From the IMG/VR virus record IMGVR_UViG_3300043395_002432, positions 1 through 64,000 of that record: a DNA stretch of 64,000 nucleotides; one strand, 5' to 3'. The DNA comes from a virus. The notes under the pieces are model-generated. The model did not search any database, had not been told where the DNA came from, and was given only the letters and a program-made list of their open reading frames with translations. This document shows positions 26,005-35,943 of the stretch, piece by piece (position 1 is the stretch's first letter; the number at the start of each line of letters is the position of its first letter). The translations under genes and the position numbers were made by a program.

Positions 26005-26667
26005 TTACCGCTCAAACAGGCGCGTCATGGCGAAGCTCCGATCATGCATGAGGATGTTCCACCCCTCGTCGAAGATCGTTTCCTCTACCGAGAGCGTCAC
26101 TGTAGCCGCCCGAGGCTCTCCATTCGGAAATGTACGCTGGATCTGCTTTTCAAGACTCTTCACAATGCAGATGCAGTAATCCCGCCCCCCGTAGAAGACC
26201 TCCAGCCCACCAAAGGTGAAGAGACCCACGCGAGGCGGAGAAGGGCGCGTCCCGCTCGACGAGACCTCGTACCTCGGCAGGACGAGCTGATCGAAGAACT
26301 GGAAGTCAGCGATGATGTCCCGGTTGTATTTCCGATTCTCTGGCGAGAGCGGGTCGACCACCACGCTCGTCAAGAGCGGCAGATCCTGCCGGGGGCGAAT
26401 GTCACGAAACAGCTTGAAGGTCAGCGAGGACGAATTCCCCGTCGTCCCCGTCCATTGGTGGATCGACCCCGTCCCCCCCGGAACCTGAGTCGAGGCATAA
26501 TTCGCCTCACGGCTAAGCGAAAACTCCTCTGGCCAGGGAAACTCTCGCGTCTGCGGAGGCTCGTACCAGCCCGCCCTCGGTGACATAAGCGTAATGCTAA
26601 AGGGCTTGGCCTTGTCGTACTCAGGCCCGTTGATCATGGCTTGCGCCAACCCAAGATAGCCAGCCAT
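26005..26667 (-). CDS. tube-initiator / CIS-tube-like tail protein
   Basis: PEEFSLSREANY...VPG...QW..G...PPRV..FTFG...FPNGEPRAATVTLSVEE. Confidence 0.65.
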   Translation of the reverse strand: MAGYLGLAQAMINGPEYDKAKPFSITLMSPRAGWYEPPQTREFPWPEEFSLSREANYASTQVPGGTGSIHQWTGTTGNSSSLTFKLFRDIRPRQDLPLLTSVVVDPLSPENRKYNRDIIADFQFFDQLVLPRYEVSSSGTRPSPPRVGLFTFGGLEVFYGGRDYCICIVKSLEKQIQRTFPNGEPRAATVTLSVEETIFDEGWNILMHDRSFAMTRLFER

Positions 26668-26737
26668 CGAGACCTCCAAAAAGAAAAGGGGAGCGTTCGA
26701 CCTCGTCGAAGCCCCCCACGACCTCACACCAAGAAGA

Positions 26738-27151
26738 TCACGCCTTGGCGAACTTCCCGAACAGCGACCACACGCCGTTCTTCATGCACATGATGCAGAC
26801 CTCGTCCTGCCCGACCGTCGCGTAGGTCGTGGTCTCCCGGCGGTTCTTCACCACGAGGTTCTCCGCCGCGTCCGCCATGTTGCTGATGAAGACCCAAGCC
26901 TCCTGCGTCAGGCTCGCGTCCTCCCACAGGCGGGCGTCCTTGTGACCCCCGTTCGGATCGAGGAGCAGGAAGCAGCCATGCTCAGGCTCGATGTTGTGAT
27001 CGGCTGCGATGGTGCTGACGGTCACGCCGTTGATCACGTTCAGGACAGAGGTGATATCCGAGATCGCCCGCACCAGCTCGGTGGGCGTCCGAGAATCCAT
27101 CGGCAGCTCGACGTTGTGGGCGAGCGGATGGCTCAAGTTAGGCTGTGCCAT
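26738..27151 (-). CDS. hypothetical protein
   Basis: 137 aa, GAGGAG RBS. Confidence 0.65.
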   Translation of the reverse strand: MAQPNLSHPLAHNVELPMDSRTPTELVRAISDITSVLNVINGVTVSTIAADHNIEPEHGCFLLLDPNGGHKDARLWEDASLTQEAWVFISNMADAAENLVVKNRRETTTYATVGQDEVCIMCMKNGVWSLFGKFAKA

Positions 27152-27213
27152 TGGTTTCTACTCCTCTGTAGGAGGTAGAAAGGATCGCAGAACCTGTCAA
27201 GCCTTCCGGGCTT

Positions 27214-28332
27214 CTACGAATTCGAATTCGTCAACGGAGTCCAAGCGTCGGATCGCGTCTTCTGTGGAGTCTCGATCCAGTACGATCCCTTCTTCCGCAC
27301 CAAGAGCCTTCGGTTCCCGACGAAGAGCGATCCTTCCTCTCCGAACGGGATCAGGTGTCCGATCAAGGGGTCGTCCCAATCCCCTCCGCGAACGAGGATT
27401 CCACCAAGAGCGAGTGCCTGCTCGGCGTGATGCACTACGAGGGCGGAATGCTTCTCGACGAAGGAGGTTCGTTGCTGAGTCCAGAACCTCACCTTCGCCT
27501 CGTCCTCGCGCAAGGACGCCAGCTCGATCTCCTCGTCGAAGGGGCGTAGCATGCGCTGCATGGCCCTTGAGGCGAGCGACATCTGCGCTTCCGACCCGAG
27601 CAGGCAGAGCTGCTGCTCCCCGTCCATGTCGCACAGGGTCAACGTCACCAAGATCTTCCCCGTGCGGATCTCGACCTCGAAGCAGGCGGCACCAAACTCT
27701 CCTCTTCGCAGTCCCGAGTTGTACCTCGTCTCCCCCACCACCAAGACGACCCGATCCCCGTCCAAAGCGAGAGAGACCTCGCCCTCAGGAAGGTCGACCA
27801 GCTTGCGCGCAAGCGTGCTGGTGAGTCGATCTACCCAGATCTCCGACAACGCCTCTTGAGCCTTCTCCTCGTAAAGCCGCCGAAGGTGCGCGTGATCCGC
27901 GAGGAGGTTCTCGTAATGCTTCTCGAGTTCAGGGTGCAGCTCGCCATCGAACCAAGCCTGGACAGTCTCCTCCGAGGGATCGGGCCGGTCGTTCGCCACC
28001 AAGTCGTAGGGCCAGCCCTTCTTGTCGGCCACGTCGGCTCCGATCCTCCAGAGTCCCTCGAGCTTCTTGGTGCGCTCCTCAATGAGCTTCTCCGCGAGCT
28101 TGGCGAAGAGAAGCCCTCCTGCCTTGCCGAAGTTCTCTCGAGCCTTGTCGAGCATGTAGAGGCGGTCGAGGTAGCTCTCGCAATTCACCAAAACACCAAG
28201 CCAGGACTCAAGGAGCGCCAAGCCCTTCTTGGTGTCCCTCCAGACGTGTTCGTGATCCTGGGCAGCCCCTGCCACCCCCGTCGCTCCCGCCAGGAGCCAG
28301 AGTTCCAGCCGCCCCTTGTCAAATTCCCTCAT
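27214..28332 (-). CDS. hypothetical protein
   Basis: start MREFDKG coupled (ATGA) to upstream stop. Confidence 0.65.
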   Translation of the reverse strand: MREFDKGRLELWLLAGATGVAGAAQDHEHVWRDTKKGLALLESWLGVLVNCESYLDRLYMLDKARENFGKAGGLLFAKLAEKLIEERTKKLEGLWRIGADVADKKGWPYDLVANDRPDPSEETVQAWFDGELHPELEKHYENLLADHAHLRRLYEEKAQEALSEIWVDRLTSTLARKLVDLPEGEVSLALDGDRVVLVVGETRYNSGLRRGEFGAACFEVEIRTGKILVTLTLCDMDGEQQLCLLGSEAQMSLASRAMQRMLRPFDEEIELASLREDEAKVRFWTQQRTSFVEKHSALVVHHAEQALALGGILVRGGDWDDPLIGHLIPFGEEGSLFVGNRRLLVRKKGSYWIETPQKTRSDAWTPLTNSNS

Positions 28333-28841
28333 GAGAGCGGCGTCCTCCGCATGCAGGTGAAGAAGGTGCTTCCCCCGATCCGGCGAAGGGTTCCCGCCCC
28401 GTACTCCTCGCCAATGGAAGGCTCTGGAAAACGAAGTCGAATTCGTGCCGAATGCCAGCTCTCGAAGAGCCAATCCGTTCTCTCGAATTCGAGCCGATCT
28501 ACATCGAACGTGCGCGGGGGCTTCAATCCGAGATCCTCAGCGAATTGCGGATTGAGTCCCGAGAGGAGGTCAATCACCGGGGCTGGAGCGAGAGAAGCTC
28601 CAAAGCTCACCCCCTGATACGGCGAGAGGTACGCAATCAGGCGGCACCAATCCTCCACCGTGAGCGGGCTGACGACTTGCCCCACTCGGGGGAGGCGCTC
28701 GTTCTTGAGCCTCGCCCAATCGACCCAGAAGTGAAACGGAGCGAACAGCACGTCCAGCTCCGCCTTCGCCTTCGAACGCGCCCCCGAGTGTCGTGAGGCG
28801 TGGCTTGTCCAGAACGACGGGCTGAGCGTGACGTAGAGCAT
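28329..28841 (-). CDS. hypothetical protein
   Basis: 170-aa ORF. Confidence 0.6.
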   Translation of the reverse strand: MLYVTLSPSFWTSHASRHSGARSKAKAELDVLFAPFHFWVDWARLKNERLPRVGQVVSPLTVEDWCRLIAYLSPYQGVSFGASLAPAPVIDLLSGLNPQFAEDLGLKPPRTFDVDRLEFERTDWLFESWHSARIRLRFPEPSIGEEYGAGTLRRIGGSTFFTCMRRTPLS

Positions 28842-28902
28842 TGCGCTAAGCTGCGCTCCCCGCGCCGTCGTTCAAGGCGAACACAGCCCCCTTGACACGT
28901 TC

Positions 28903-30588
28903 TTAGCCAACCCTGTTGACCGTGTAGACGATCTCCACAGCGGTAATGGTGATCTTGGTGCCATCAACAATCGGAACCGTCAGCGAGACCTGCAAGAGCA
29001 GCCGGTTGTCCGTATCCCCAGGCTGGTGAGCATGCTCGAGGGTATCTTCAGCGGTCTGGTTCGTCGAAAGCGAAGCATCCAGCGATACCGACGCCAGGGA
29101 CGAAATCCCACCGGCATTGTCGTAGCTCCAAAGGGTTGCTACCGCAGTCGAGTCCAGCCCTGCCGCTGCAAATTTCCCAACAATGCGAAGCGTCGTGATC
29201 ACCGCATCATACGGAAGGCTGACCGGGCAGTATGCGTTGATCGTCTCGCTTGAGGCGTCCCCCGAGAATGAGATCGATGGAATCGTCCCAATCTCAATCG
29301 TGATTCCACCACCTGAAAACTGGTACACGGTCGCGCCGTCCCCGCTGTCGGTGTAGGTGAAGAGAGGAGCAAGCGCCAAGCCGCAGTAGCTCAGCACGTT
29401 GGTGACCTCAGGGACAATCGGCGCGCTCTCGAACTCGACTGCGACCTCGCTCCCAATGGTGATCGTTGTTGGTGCGGTTGCCTTGACCTGCACCGAATCC
29501 TCGGCATCAGAGTGCGCGTAGAGGTGGCCTGCACCAACATGGCCCATGAGGCGCAGGATGGAGGCGTCCACGGCCTTCGCAGAGACTCCCCGCTTGTGAG
29601 GGTGCGCGGTGGCGACGAAGACCTGGGGCTGCTCAATATAGAACGTCCCGGCGCTCAGCCCTTGCGCTCCTACCTCAATGCCGACGAAGTAGCACTCCTC
29701 AGAGGGAGCGGCAGGCACCAAGACTTCCTTCTCGTAGAGCGTCCAGTCGGCGGTCGTTGCCGAGAGCGCGGGGCCGTTGATGGAGAAGGAAATGACTGTC
29801 CGATCCGCCTTCATGAAGCGGAAGCGAAGCCCGATCTTGGTGGCCGTGCAAGCCGTCGCCTTGTAGTAGAAGCGATACCGGATCGTTGACCCTGGAGTGA
29901 CTGCACCAAGCGCTTGGAGCTTGCGGTAGACGTTCCCTGAAGCGCCAGAGGTCGTCCCCATGATCGAATTCAGCGCACCGGAGACGACGGCATCTGTGAG
30001 GACGAGCGAAGTTGCCCCGCCCTGCGCCGTGTAGTCCCCAAGCGACGTCTCGTAGCCCATGTACGGATCTTGAATCAGGGCTTCCCACTTGTCCCGATCC
30101 TCGCTGAAGGGAACCTCCTTCCAGGCACGAGAACGCACCGAGGTGTCGACGTTCGCTGCCGCAAGCGATCCAGAAGACGGAACCGTGACCGCGCAGAGCC
30201 AGATCGTCTCGGCAGGGTTGGGCGTCGAGGCGTACTCAGCCGAGGTGTAGAGCTTGTACGTCGCCACCGTGTCCGTGTCGACCGCATAGGTGACGTTGAG
30301 GGCGATGTACACTGTCGTCCCCGCATACGCCGTCAGATCGAACGTGACCGACGCGGTCTCATTCACTGTCAGCACCAAGCCACTCCCCCGCACGCGAGCA
30401 ATGGAGGCACTCAGGGTCTCGTCCACCTCAAGCTCGAGCGTCAAGCCAGCAGGCGTCGACGGAGTGAAGCCGTAGAGAATGCCAGCGGGCTGCGACGCAT
30501 GGATCTTGTTGATGTTCTGAGAGGTGTACGCCGCCCCCCAGGGCATGGAGACCTTAGAGGCGCTGATGGTGCTAAGGGTCGTGGGCAT
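28903..30588 (-). CDS. tail fibre / receptor-binding protein
   Basis: position after baseplate genes; Thr/Ser-rich; central CBM-like segment (IGLRFRF...DWTLYEKEV..P). Confidence 0.65.
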   Translation of the reverse strand: MPTTLSTISASKVSMPWGAAYTSQNINKIHASQPAGILYGFTPSTPAGLTLELEVDETLSASIARVRGSGLVLTVNETASVTFDLTAYAGTTVYIALNVTYAVDTDTVATYKLYTSAEYASTPNPAETIWLCAVTVPSSGSLAAANVDTSVRSRAWKEVPFSEDRDKWEALIQDPYMGYETSLGDYTAQGGATSLVLTDAVVSGALNSIMGTTSGASGNVYRKLQALGAVTPGSTIRYRFYYKATACTATKIGLRFRFMKADRTVISFSINGPALSATTADWTLYEKEVLVPAAPSEECYFVGIEVGAQGLSAGTFYIEQPQVFVATAHPHKRGVSAKAVDASILRLMGHVGAGHLYAHSDAEDSVQVKATAPTTITIGSEVAVEFESAPIVPEVTNVLSYCGLALAPLFTYTDSGDGATVYQFSGGGITIEIGTIPSISFSGDASSETINAYCPVSLPYDAVITTLRIVGKFAAAGLDSTAVATLWSYDNAGGISSLASVSLDASLSTNQTAEDTLEHAHQPGDTDNRLLLQVSLTVPIVDGTKITITAVEIVYTVNRVG

Positions 30589-30632
30589 TCATTTTCTCCG
30601 AATTCGAATTCGTTCGTATCCGCTTCAGGGGA

Positions 30633-31091
30633 TCACTCGCCAGAGAAGGTCACCTCGATCCGAATCTCGATCCCCTGGTAGGACTCCTTCTGGATCTTGG
30701 GAAAGGTCGAGTAGAACATAAGGACGTCGTCGGCGTTGTAGATCCCAAGCTCGTAATACTCGGGAGCTGCACCAGATCCGTCGTCTGACCCTTCGTCGGG
30801 ATCAAGGGCGCAAATGATCGTGACCTTCGCGTCGTCGGAAGTGTCAATGTCCGCTGCCTCCAGATCCTTCTCGAAGGAGAACCTGCTGTCTGTTGGGTAA
30901 GCGGAGGCGTTGTCAATGCAGTCCAGATCTTCCTGAGTCGCCTCTGGGGTGTTTGGCACCTTGGTGCCGCCCTGGTTCGTCCAGCCCCCCTCCCCGAAGC
31001 GGAAGTAGCTCGGGACGAGAGAAGCCTCTCCGTGGGCGTCCCTGAGAAGGTTCAAGTAGCCATTGGTGACGACGGTCTGAAGGGTCGGCAT
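30633..31091 (-). CDS. tail-collar/fibre attachment protein
   Basis: VVTNGYLNLL, FRFGEGG, YELGIYNADDVLMFYSTFPKIQK. Confidence 0.7.
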   Translation of the reverse strand: MPTLQTVVTNGYLNLLRDAHGEASLVPSYFRFGEGGWTNQGGTKVPNTPEATQEDLDCIDNASAYPTDSRFSFEKDLEAADIDTSDDAKVTIICALDPDEGSDDGSGAAPEYYELGIYNADDVLMFYSTFPKIQKESYQGIEIRIEVTFSGE

Positions 31092-32410
31092 TAGAGGGTC
31101 TCCTCGACGTAGGTGTCTACAGGCTGAACGTCCGCCGCAACCTCGTCAAAGCGGCTGTAGGTGCGTACTGAACCCGAGATCGACTTCGCCACGCGCACGG
31201 CGACCGCGCTCTGCATCGTGAAGACGTACTGCGCGATCTCCACATGGGCAGGAAGTTGCTTCTTCAGTTGCGCGAGCGTGCGCGGAAGGAGATCTTCGAA
31301 GAAGGCGGAGTCCCCGAGTAGAGCGGAGTCACGCACCTCAACCTCTACGCGAATCCGGTGGCTCGGACGCCAGTCCTCTTGCGGTGCCACGGCTGGCCGA
31401 ATGAGGAGCTTCCACGAGCCAGGGGCGGGCGTCAGCCTTAGGTGCGTGACCAGCATCGTGGTCGCCCCGTCATAGCTGTCCACGAAGAACTCGTTGTCGT
31501 CCGAATCCTTCATGACGATCCCGACCCACGAAGCCGCTCCAGAAAGCAGCTCTACCGGGGCGCTGAGCGTGAGTTCGTGTGTGTCCCCTGAAGCCACAGC
31601 GGTGACCGTGACGTCCTCCTCGACAGATTCCGCGTCAAGCGTGTCGACCGGAATGACGTCCGCTCGCACCAAGTCGAAGAGCGGAAGCCTCGGGTCAAGA
31701 TCCGTGTAGTACTGCCCCTCGATCTCGAACGTGTTCGCGGCAGGAAGGGCGTCGTAATACCACTTGTTGATCCAGTAGAGTCGCTTCACCGTCGCACGAA
31801 GACCTGACATCCTTGCCCGAAGCGAGATCGAATTCGTCGACCCGCGTTGTCCCCGCAGCCACATGGCCCGCTCCGTGGCCGCTCGCTGGTACGCCACGGG
31901 ATCGTACTCCTCCAGGGTGATCGCCATGTCTGCCGCAAGGTGCTTCAAGAAGCTCGGAGGTGACACCGTGAGCGTTCCTGCCGAAGGGGTCTCCGTTCCT
32001 GCGACCGTGAGGTAGCCCCCAATGGCGTTCACACTCCGCACCAACGTGCGCCGAATGCCCACGACGACGTCACCAGGGCTGATCGTGACGAGCTGATCCG
32101 GCTCCGAGACGAACAGCTCGAGGTACGCCTCTCCGGTCTCTGACTCTTCCGCAGTGACGCTGTTGGTGCTTGTGACGACGAGCGAGATCGGGGTCTGGCT
32201 CGACACCGAGAGCGCATGCCGCAAGGACGCCAGCTCGCTCGCACGCTCTCGAAGGTTCAGGGTGCTTTCCGCCATCGCTTCAATGAAGAGGCGAAACCAC
32301 CCACCGTTCTCCGGGTCGCGCTCGCGGTAGACCATTGGAATGGTTCGCCAGATCGTATCCGTCCAGCTCGGCTGGCCTACCGTTCCAGAGGAGCCAAAGG
32401 GACTCGCCAT
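31091..32410 (-). CDS. baseplate wedge / P2 gpI-like tail protein
   Basis: IPMVYRERD, FLKHLAAD, RGS..SI, QLPAHV; synteny after baseplate J. Confidence 0.65.
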   Translation of the reverse strand: MASPFGSSGTVGQPSWTDTIWRTIPMVYRERDPENGGWFRLFIEAMAESTLNLRERASELASLRHALSVSSQTPISLVVTSTNSVTAEESETGEAYLELFVSEPDQLVTISPGDVVVGIRRTLVRSVNAIGGYLTVAGTETPSAGTLTVSPPSFLKHLAADMAITLEEYDPVAYQRAATERAMWLRGQRGSTNSISLRARMSGLRATVKRLYWINKWYYDALPAANTFEIEGQYYTDLDPRLPLFDLVRADVIPVDTLDAESVEEDVTVTAVASGDTHELTLSAPVELLSGAASWVGIVMKDSDDNEFFVDSYDGATTMLVTHLRLTPAPGSWKLLIRPAVAPQEDWRPSHRIRVEVEVRDSALLGDSAFFEDLLPRTLAQLKKQLPAHVEIAQYVFTMQSAVAVRVAKSISGSVRTYSRFDEVAADVQPVDTYVEETL

Positions 32411-32414
32411 GACC

Positions 32415-33101
32415 TCACCTCCAGTAAGAGACCACCAAGACCCAATCCGTCGTATCTACCCAGGGGTCATACTCGTCGAGCGTGATCGTGTCCCCGCTGA
32501 TCTCGTAGCCCGAGGTCAGCTCCAATCCGTTCAGTGTCACCCTCGGAACGCAGTTCGCATGCGGGGTCTCGCTTAGCTCCCACTCCCATGTCTCGTTGTC
32601 GAGCGTGAATGAATCCTGCTGATCTTGTCGATAAGTACCGGCACTTTCAAACGTGACCGTATCGCCATCCCGAACCACGACCCCGTTGCGAAAGTAGACC
32701 GCATCCCCCGAACGATACGCCACCAAGACGTTCCCCGTCGTTGGTGCGACCTGCCGAACGACCGTAGGGGTCACGTCCCTTGCTCCAGAGGAGGAGCGAG
32801 TCACGCTCATGACCCACATGGCCCCACTTGGCCGCAACGTCACCGGGGAATGATCCGTCGTGATTCGCTGCTGCGCCCCCGTCGACGGCGTCACCAAGAA
32901 GAGGTCGTCCGTGAAGGTCAGCTCCCCCGTAGAGGCTGTAAACGAGATCGATCCCCCACCGTAAAGGAAGAGATTACGATCCTCCACAGAAGCATTGAGC
33001 CAAGCATCGATCTGCTCCACCATCGAGCGAAAAATCGGATGCCATTGCTGATCCGCTGACGACGGATACTGGATCGAGAGCCGGGGGCTGGATGCGGGCA
33101 T
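32415..33101 (-). CDS. putative virion structural protein
   Basis: within baseplate operon; C-terminal VTLNGLEL...YEISG.TITL beta module. Confidence 0.55.
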   Translation of the reverse strand: MPASSPRLSIQYPSSADQQWHPIFRSMVEQIDAWLNASVEDRNLFLYGGGSISFTASTGELTFTDDLFLVTPSTGAQQRITTDHSPVTLRPSGAMWVMSVTRSSSGARDVTPTVVRQVAPTTGNVLVAYRSGDAVYFRNGVVVRDGDTVTFESAGTYRQDQQDSFTLDNETWEWELSETPHANCVPRVTLNGLELTSGYEISGDTITLDEYDPWVDTTDWVLVVSYWR

Positions 33102-33110
33102 GAAGCCTCC

Positions 33111-35204
33111 TTAGAGGGACTGGATCAGGATCGTACCGGGGACGATCACCTGCTCTTGCGAAATGATCAGGTTTTGGTGTCCGTCGACGGAGACTTCCTC
33201 GCAAGCAATCGTGACATTGCACACGTCGACGCCAGGAACGGACTGAACCTCCTCGTAGACCTGCGAGATGTAAAGGTCGTCACCAAAGGCCCGCCGCTTG
33301 AGGAGTGTCCGAATGCGGGCATCGATCTGCCCTTGCACCTGAGAGAAGATGAAGCCGGTGAGCGCCCGGAACTCCACCGTAATGTCAGCCGAGACAAGGG
33401 CATCCGCCCCAGAGGAAACTCGCACGACATGGGCTACGTCACAACGCTCTTGAAGATACGTCTCGAGCGACCGGATCAGCCCGTTCGAAGGGGCGGTGTA
33501 GTCGTCGTTCTGATCGACGGACAAGATCGAAACCGAGATCACGTTGCTAAAGCCGTCCCCATCCAAGACCTCGTCCAGATGCGACCGAAGAAAGAAGAAT
33601 GCGTTCGTCACCGTCTCTCGAGCGGTTTCACCAAGAGAGGAGAGCGCGTCGGCACGCGTCTTCGAGGCTGCAGCCTCGGTGTCAATGGAGGTCATGGCCC
33701 CCTCAATGGAGGCGCGGTGCGTTCCCACCTCTGTGGTCGAGGTCTCCACCAAGGAGATCGTAGAGGTGACGCTCGAGAGCGTAGTCGTCATCTCCGAGAT
33801 CGCCGCGTCCAGGGTCTCGAGGGCGGATTCGAGATCGTCTTGCAAATCCTGTAGGTGCGTGGCGTCAGCCACGATGGAGACGTCGCTCGAAGCCTCCATT
33901 GCCGCAATGACCTGCGGGATCGTCATGTCGTAGCTTTCGCTCTCGGAGGCGGTGGCCCCGGTAAGGGTCGTCGAGACCGAGGACAAGCCCGTCACCCGCC
34001 CCTTCAGACGGTGGGTCTGCTCTCGGAGCGAGGCGATCCGAGCGGTGAGGTTGACTCCTGCCGTCTCCAGCCCGTCACACGCCGTGCCAATCGTGGTGCA
34101 ATGCCCGTCCACGTCGTCCATGCTGGCGGAGATCGTGTCCCCTGCTGAAGCGACCGCGTCGACGTAGTCTTGGTGGCCAGCCGAGGCGAGCGTGATGTAC
34201 GAATTCGCTCGAAGATCCCCACTGGTGCTGCGAGCTACGAAGGCTTTCGCTTGCGATACAGCCCCGTAATCCGCCGAGGAATACGCCGAGGCGACCGCCG
34301 TGTAGTCCTCCGTCGTAATGCAGATGTCGCGGGCTGCAGCATACGAAGGTGCCTTCGCCTTCGCCTCGTCGATCCCCTCGGGATCAGCGCCCCCCGTGCA
34401 ACGCTCGGTCTGAGAGATCGTGAAGTTGATCGCAGAAGCCCCATACGAGAACGGGGAGACGACCGCGTTGACTCCGTTGATGTTGCCCTGAAGCCCCGAG
34501 GTCACGACATAAGCGATCTTCACCTCCAGCCCGGAAGCTGGAATGGCAGCACTCTGCCCGTTGCCGAATCGCACCAAGGGAGGATTCTGGTGATACCAGA
34601 CCTCGAACTCGTTCCCCTCCTCGAAGGTGAGGTTGGTGACCTCCTCCCACTCTACGCCGTCGACCCAGACCCGCACCGAATCCTTTGCGACGTACTTGCC
34701 CACGGGGACGGGAAGCGCGAACTCCTGATCGGGAACGCCAGCCCCTGTCAAGGTGATCGAAGTCGAGTAGCCCTCTCGCACCGAAATCGAATTCGCTTCC
34801 GTAGAGGAGGCTGCGAAGCTGCTCTCCGCCAGCGTCTCCACGATGAAGCCACTCGCGTTCCTGAATTGAAAGCCAGCAGGGAGCGTGAAGGCGAAGTCAT
34901 ACGTCTGAGAGGGGGCGACCGAGATCGTACCGGCACCAGAAACCGCTGGGCGCATTCTGTAGCCAATCTGCCGACACAGGCGCTCCACGTTCGCCCGCTC
35001 CCTCGCCGTCGCAAGGTACGACTCGAGCGCCCGCCGGTCTATGTAGAAGCTCAAGGACTCGCCCACGAACGCGATCAAGTCCACCAGCATCATGCCCATG
35101 CTCGATGCCGCGAAGTCGTTGTAAGTATCCCCGTACTTCGTCTCAATTCGCTTGAGCAGTTCGTTGACGATGGTATCAAAGTCACGCGCAAGGTAGTGCT
35201 GCAT
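33111..35204 (-). CDS. baseplate wedge subunit (gpJ / T4 gp6-like)
   Basis: YLARDFD, ESYLATAR, VRFGNG, GGADPE, ITTEDY, FGDDLYISQV..VPGVD. Confidence 0.88.
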   Translation of the reverse strand: MQHYLARDFDTIVNELLKRIETKYGDTYNDFAASSMGMMLVDLIAFVGESLSFYIDRRALESYLATARERANVERLCRQIGYRMRPAVSGAGTISVAPSQTYDFAFTLPAGFQFRNASGFIVETLAESSFAASSTEANSISVREGYSTSITLTGAGVPDQEFALPVPVGKYVAKDSVRVWVDGVEWEEVTNLTFEEGNEFEVWYHQNPPLVRFGNGQSAAIPASGLEVKIAYVVTSGLQGNINGVNAVVSPFSYGASAINFTISQTERCTGGADPEGIDEAKAKAPSYAAARDICITTEDYTAVASAYSSADYGAVSQAKAFVARSTSGDLRANSYITLASAGHQDYVDAVASAGDTISASMDDVDGHCTTIGTACDGLETAGVNLTARIASLREQTHRLKGRVTGLSSVSTTLTGATASESESYDMTIPQVIAAMEASSDVSIVADATHLQDLQDDLESALETLDAAISEMTTTLSSVTSTISLVETSTTEVGTHRASIEGAMTSIDTEAAASKTRADALSSLGETARETVTNAFFFLRSHLDEVLDGDGFSNVISVSILSVDQNDDYTAPSNGLIRSLETYLQERCDVAHVVRVSSGADALVSADITVEFRALTGFIFSQVQGQIDARIRTLLKRRAFGDDLYISQVYEEVQSVPGVDVCNVTIACEEVSVDGHQNLIISQEQVIVPGTILIQSL

Positions 35205-35211
35205 TTTCCCC

Positions 35212-35571
35212 TCACAGCATCGGTACGCGCATGGACAAGGTCTGTTGAACCCCCGTCCTCGCGTAGATCAGGGTGACGTTTGCTTCGTTCCCCACGAAGC
35301 GAACCTGAATGTCTCGAATCTGAATCCGACGCTCTTGCGCCCGCAAGCTCTGCCGAATCTCCTCTCGAATGAGGTTCGCCACCACCGGGGTGGCCCCCTC
35401 GAAGAGGAATCGCTTGAGCGCGCTCCCCACGGAGGGACGGTACACACGCTCTCCACGCTGCACCAAGAGGATCTGGTGGATCGACTGCCGAATCGCCTCC
35501 TCATCCGAAGGAGGTGCTGCCGGAAGCTGATCCCCAGATGCCCACGGAAAGGAAAGTGTCTGGATCGCCAT
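35212..35571 (-). CDS. GPW/gp25 baseplate protein
   Basis: IRQSIHQIL...GERVYRPSVGS.L..FLFE...ERRI. Confidence 0.9.
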   Translation of the reverse strand: MAIQTLSFPWASGDQLPAAPPSDEEAIRQSIHQILLVQRGERVYRPSVGSALKRFLFEGATPVVANLIREEIRQSLRAQERRIQIRDIQVRFVGNEANVTLIYARTGVQQTLSMRVPML

Positions 35572-35595
35572 GTCCTCTGCTTACCGCTTCGCCCC

Positions 35596-35943
35596 TCAGT
35601 AGTCGAGCGGACAGAGCGGAAAGGAGGGCAGCGTTGGAAGCTGAAGCGAGGGCAAGTCCAGATCAATGTCGATGGAAAGCGTCGGAAGCGACGGAAGCGG
35701 GAAAGAGATCGAGAAGCGAAGATCCAAGTCTGGAAGGGTCGGCAGGTTGAGGGTCGGCAAATCCAGATCGATGTCAATGCTCAGGATCGGAAGAGTCGGG
35801 AGCGGAAGAGTCGGGAGACGAGGCAGGCGAACACTGAGTCGCGGAATCTCCGGCAACGTGAGCTTCGGCAAGTCGAGATCCAAGTCGAAGCTCAACGTCG
35901 GAAGCATTGGGAGCGGGGGGATCGGAAAGCGACACCGGCTCAG
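35596..35943 (-). CDS. Pro/Leu-repeat small protein (start uncertain)
   Basis: repeated LPTL-SIDIDLDLP units, bracketed by CRFP and CPLD. Confidence 0.55.
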   Translation of the reverse strand: MSRCRFPIPPLPMLPTLSFDLDLDLPKLTLPEIPRLSVRLPRLPTLPLPTLPILSIDIDLDLPTLNLPTLPDLDLRFSISFPLPSLPTLSIDIDLDLPSLQLPTLPSFPLCPLDY

